A DNA stretch of 64,000 nt from Ginglymostoma cirratum. Lineage: Eukaryota. The stretch spans positions 25,995,321-26,059,320 of the forward strand of contig JAHRHZ010000021.1 of assembly GCA_024137785.1 (NCBI GenBank), given 5' to 3'. Each line of letters starts with the position of its first letter. Positions within the stretch are counted from its first letter, which is position 1. Below, piece after piece: positions 62,583 to 64,000 of the stretch. A program made the translations under genes and the position numbers. The notes beneath the pieces were generated by a model that was not told where the DNA came from, searched no databases, and saw only the letters and a list, made by a program, of their open reading frames with translations.

Positions 62583-64000
62583 TTGCTGAGCAACCAATGC
62601 CACTGAATTCAAAAGAATACTTAAGACAAAGTTGTGACAGCTATTCCAGTACATCTCCAACAAATCCATTTTTTGTCAAAGCTCAAAAACACAGTTAAAC
62701 ATCAATCTTTTAGTCACTGGAGCAGGATTCAAGCATCCTAGGGATGTTGCCTTTAACTGCCTAAATTTAAATGAAGTGTGCACAACTGCATTTGTAAAGG
62801 AATATTTGTGTCATCTACACCTGCAAACCATATCTCATTGTTCAATTATTTGTCTCAAATTGGGTGAAAGTAACGAGTGAAACTGAAAAGATTTGTTGAA
62901 AAGGTTCCTCTTTTAAACAGACTGAAAATTGGTTATGGTTTATTTTTTGATCTGCAAGTCTTTGCAGGCTGATTGCATGCAAACAAACTAGAAGGTCTGA
63001 GGATTGGCCAAAATTGTTTCTCAGTCTGTATGAAGATTTGCCTAAAGGTTCTGCTTACTGCTTAAGAGGCACCAATGCCTAAGAATTCCAAGCACAGTAT
63101 TCCCAGCTTCTGCTCCACTATCAACACAAGTTTTACAAGCCTGTCTAAGGCAAACTAAATTCCCCTCACTTATTTAGATTAGCAACCTGGCACCAATTTT
63201 AGGCAATTATCTAGGAAATCTGCAAAACAGTGTTTATCAATATGGGTAATACAAGGAATTGCATCACCCCTCACCACCCACATGCCCCAAACAAAAGATT
63301 GTTTTCTCCCCATATTCTGCTACCAAATCATAGAAAGCAGGTGGTTTTCAACTTCAAATCTCAATCAGATTACGGGTGATGCAATATAGTCAGCCTCATC
63401 TTCGTATGATAGGAAGTGGAAAATCAGCCATAACTGCGAAATGTGAATAACGTCCAACTGCCCTGCACCAATAATAGTTGCCAAATTAGGAAAAGAGATG
63501 GAATTGGCTTGTGTACGATTTGTCTAACATAATTTTGTGGATGTACTATTTAATTTGTGTGTTAGGAAAGTGAGGTGCCTTACATCTGAATATGACACTT
63601 CCTTAAGAAAGGAGAACCTTTTTAAAAATAAGTATCACTTGGACAGAAAGATGAATTAACTGTTATAGGGATTCAGGTCCTTGAATATACATATATTGCA
63701 GAATCTCAAGAGGTTTCGTTATTAACAAATAATTATAATTTGACACTGACAAATCAGCTAAATCTATGCACAGAAACACCATTATGAATGATTACGTAAG
63801 CAAACAGTTTGCAAGATGCGAGATCCTTAAATTAGAAATTACTTCCCGTTGGTGGATCAGGATGTTCAGATAAAGAAAAACGATTCACAAGCCTAAAAGG
63901 GAAATAACTCATTCTTTATTGTTAAAAAAATCTGCTCTGAAGAGTTTATGGAATGAATTACTCCTTGGGAAACAAAATAATGCTGCAGTTTTAAAAATTC

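Overview
AT-rich vertebrate DNA, almost certainly from a cartilaginous fish (shark-type HE1/V-SINEs, Deu-domain SINEs, CR1 LINEs). The only host gene sequence I can support is the terminal coding exon of MDFIC (cysteine-rich I-mfa domain, minus strand, 51545-51295) with an ~1.9-kb 3'UTR. 51546-64000 is MDFIC intron and 1-49400 is downstream intergenic DNA. The rest is dominated by decayed retroelements: CR1 LINEs, SINEs, two clear solo LTRs and Penelope-like elements (PLEs), including a 2.4-kb RT+GIY-YIG copy. The most striking signal is about 15 short PLE-terminus-derived insertions from three sequence families. They carry minimal type-I hammerhead ribozyme motifs (CUGANGA-A-stem II-GAAA-palindromic stem III). 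Many are fold-back (inverted) dimers flanked by 10-15-bp target-site duplications, with an ~35-nt tail on only one arm, and that tail can base-pair back into the element in all three families. Both assembly gaps fall in or next to such fold-backs. Repeat boundaries were read by eye and are approximate unless fixed by TSDs.
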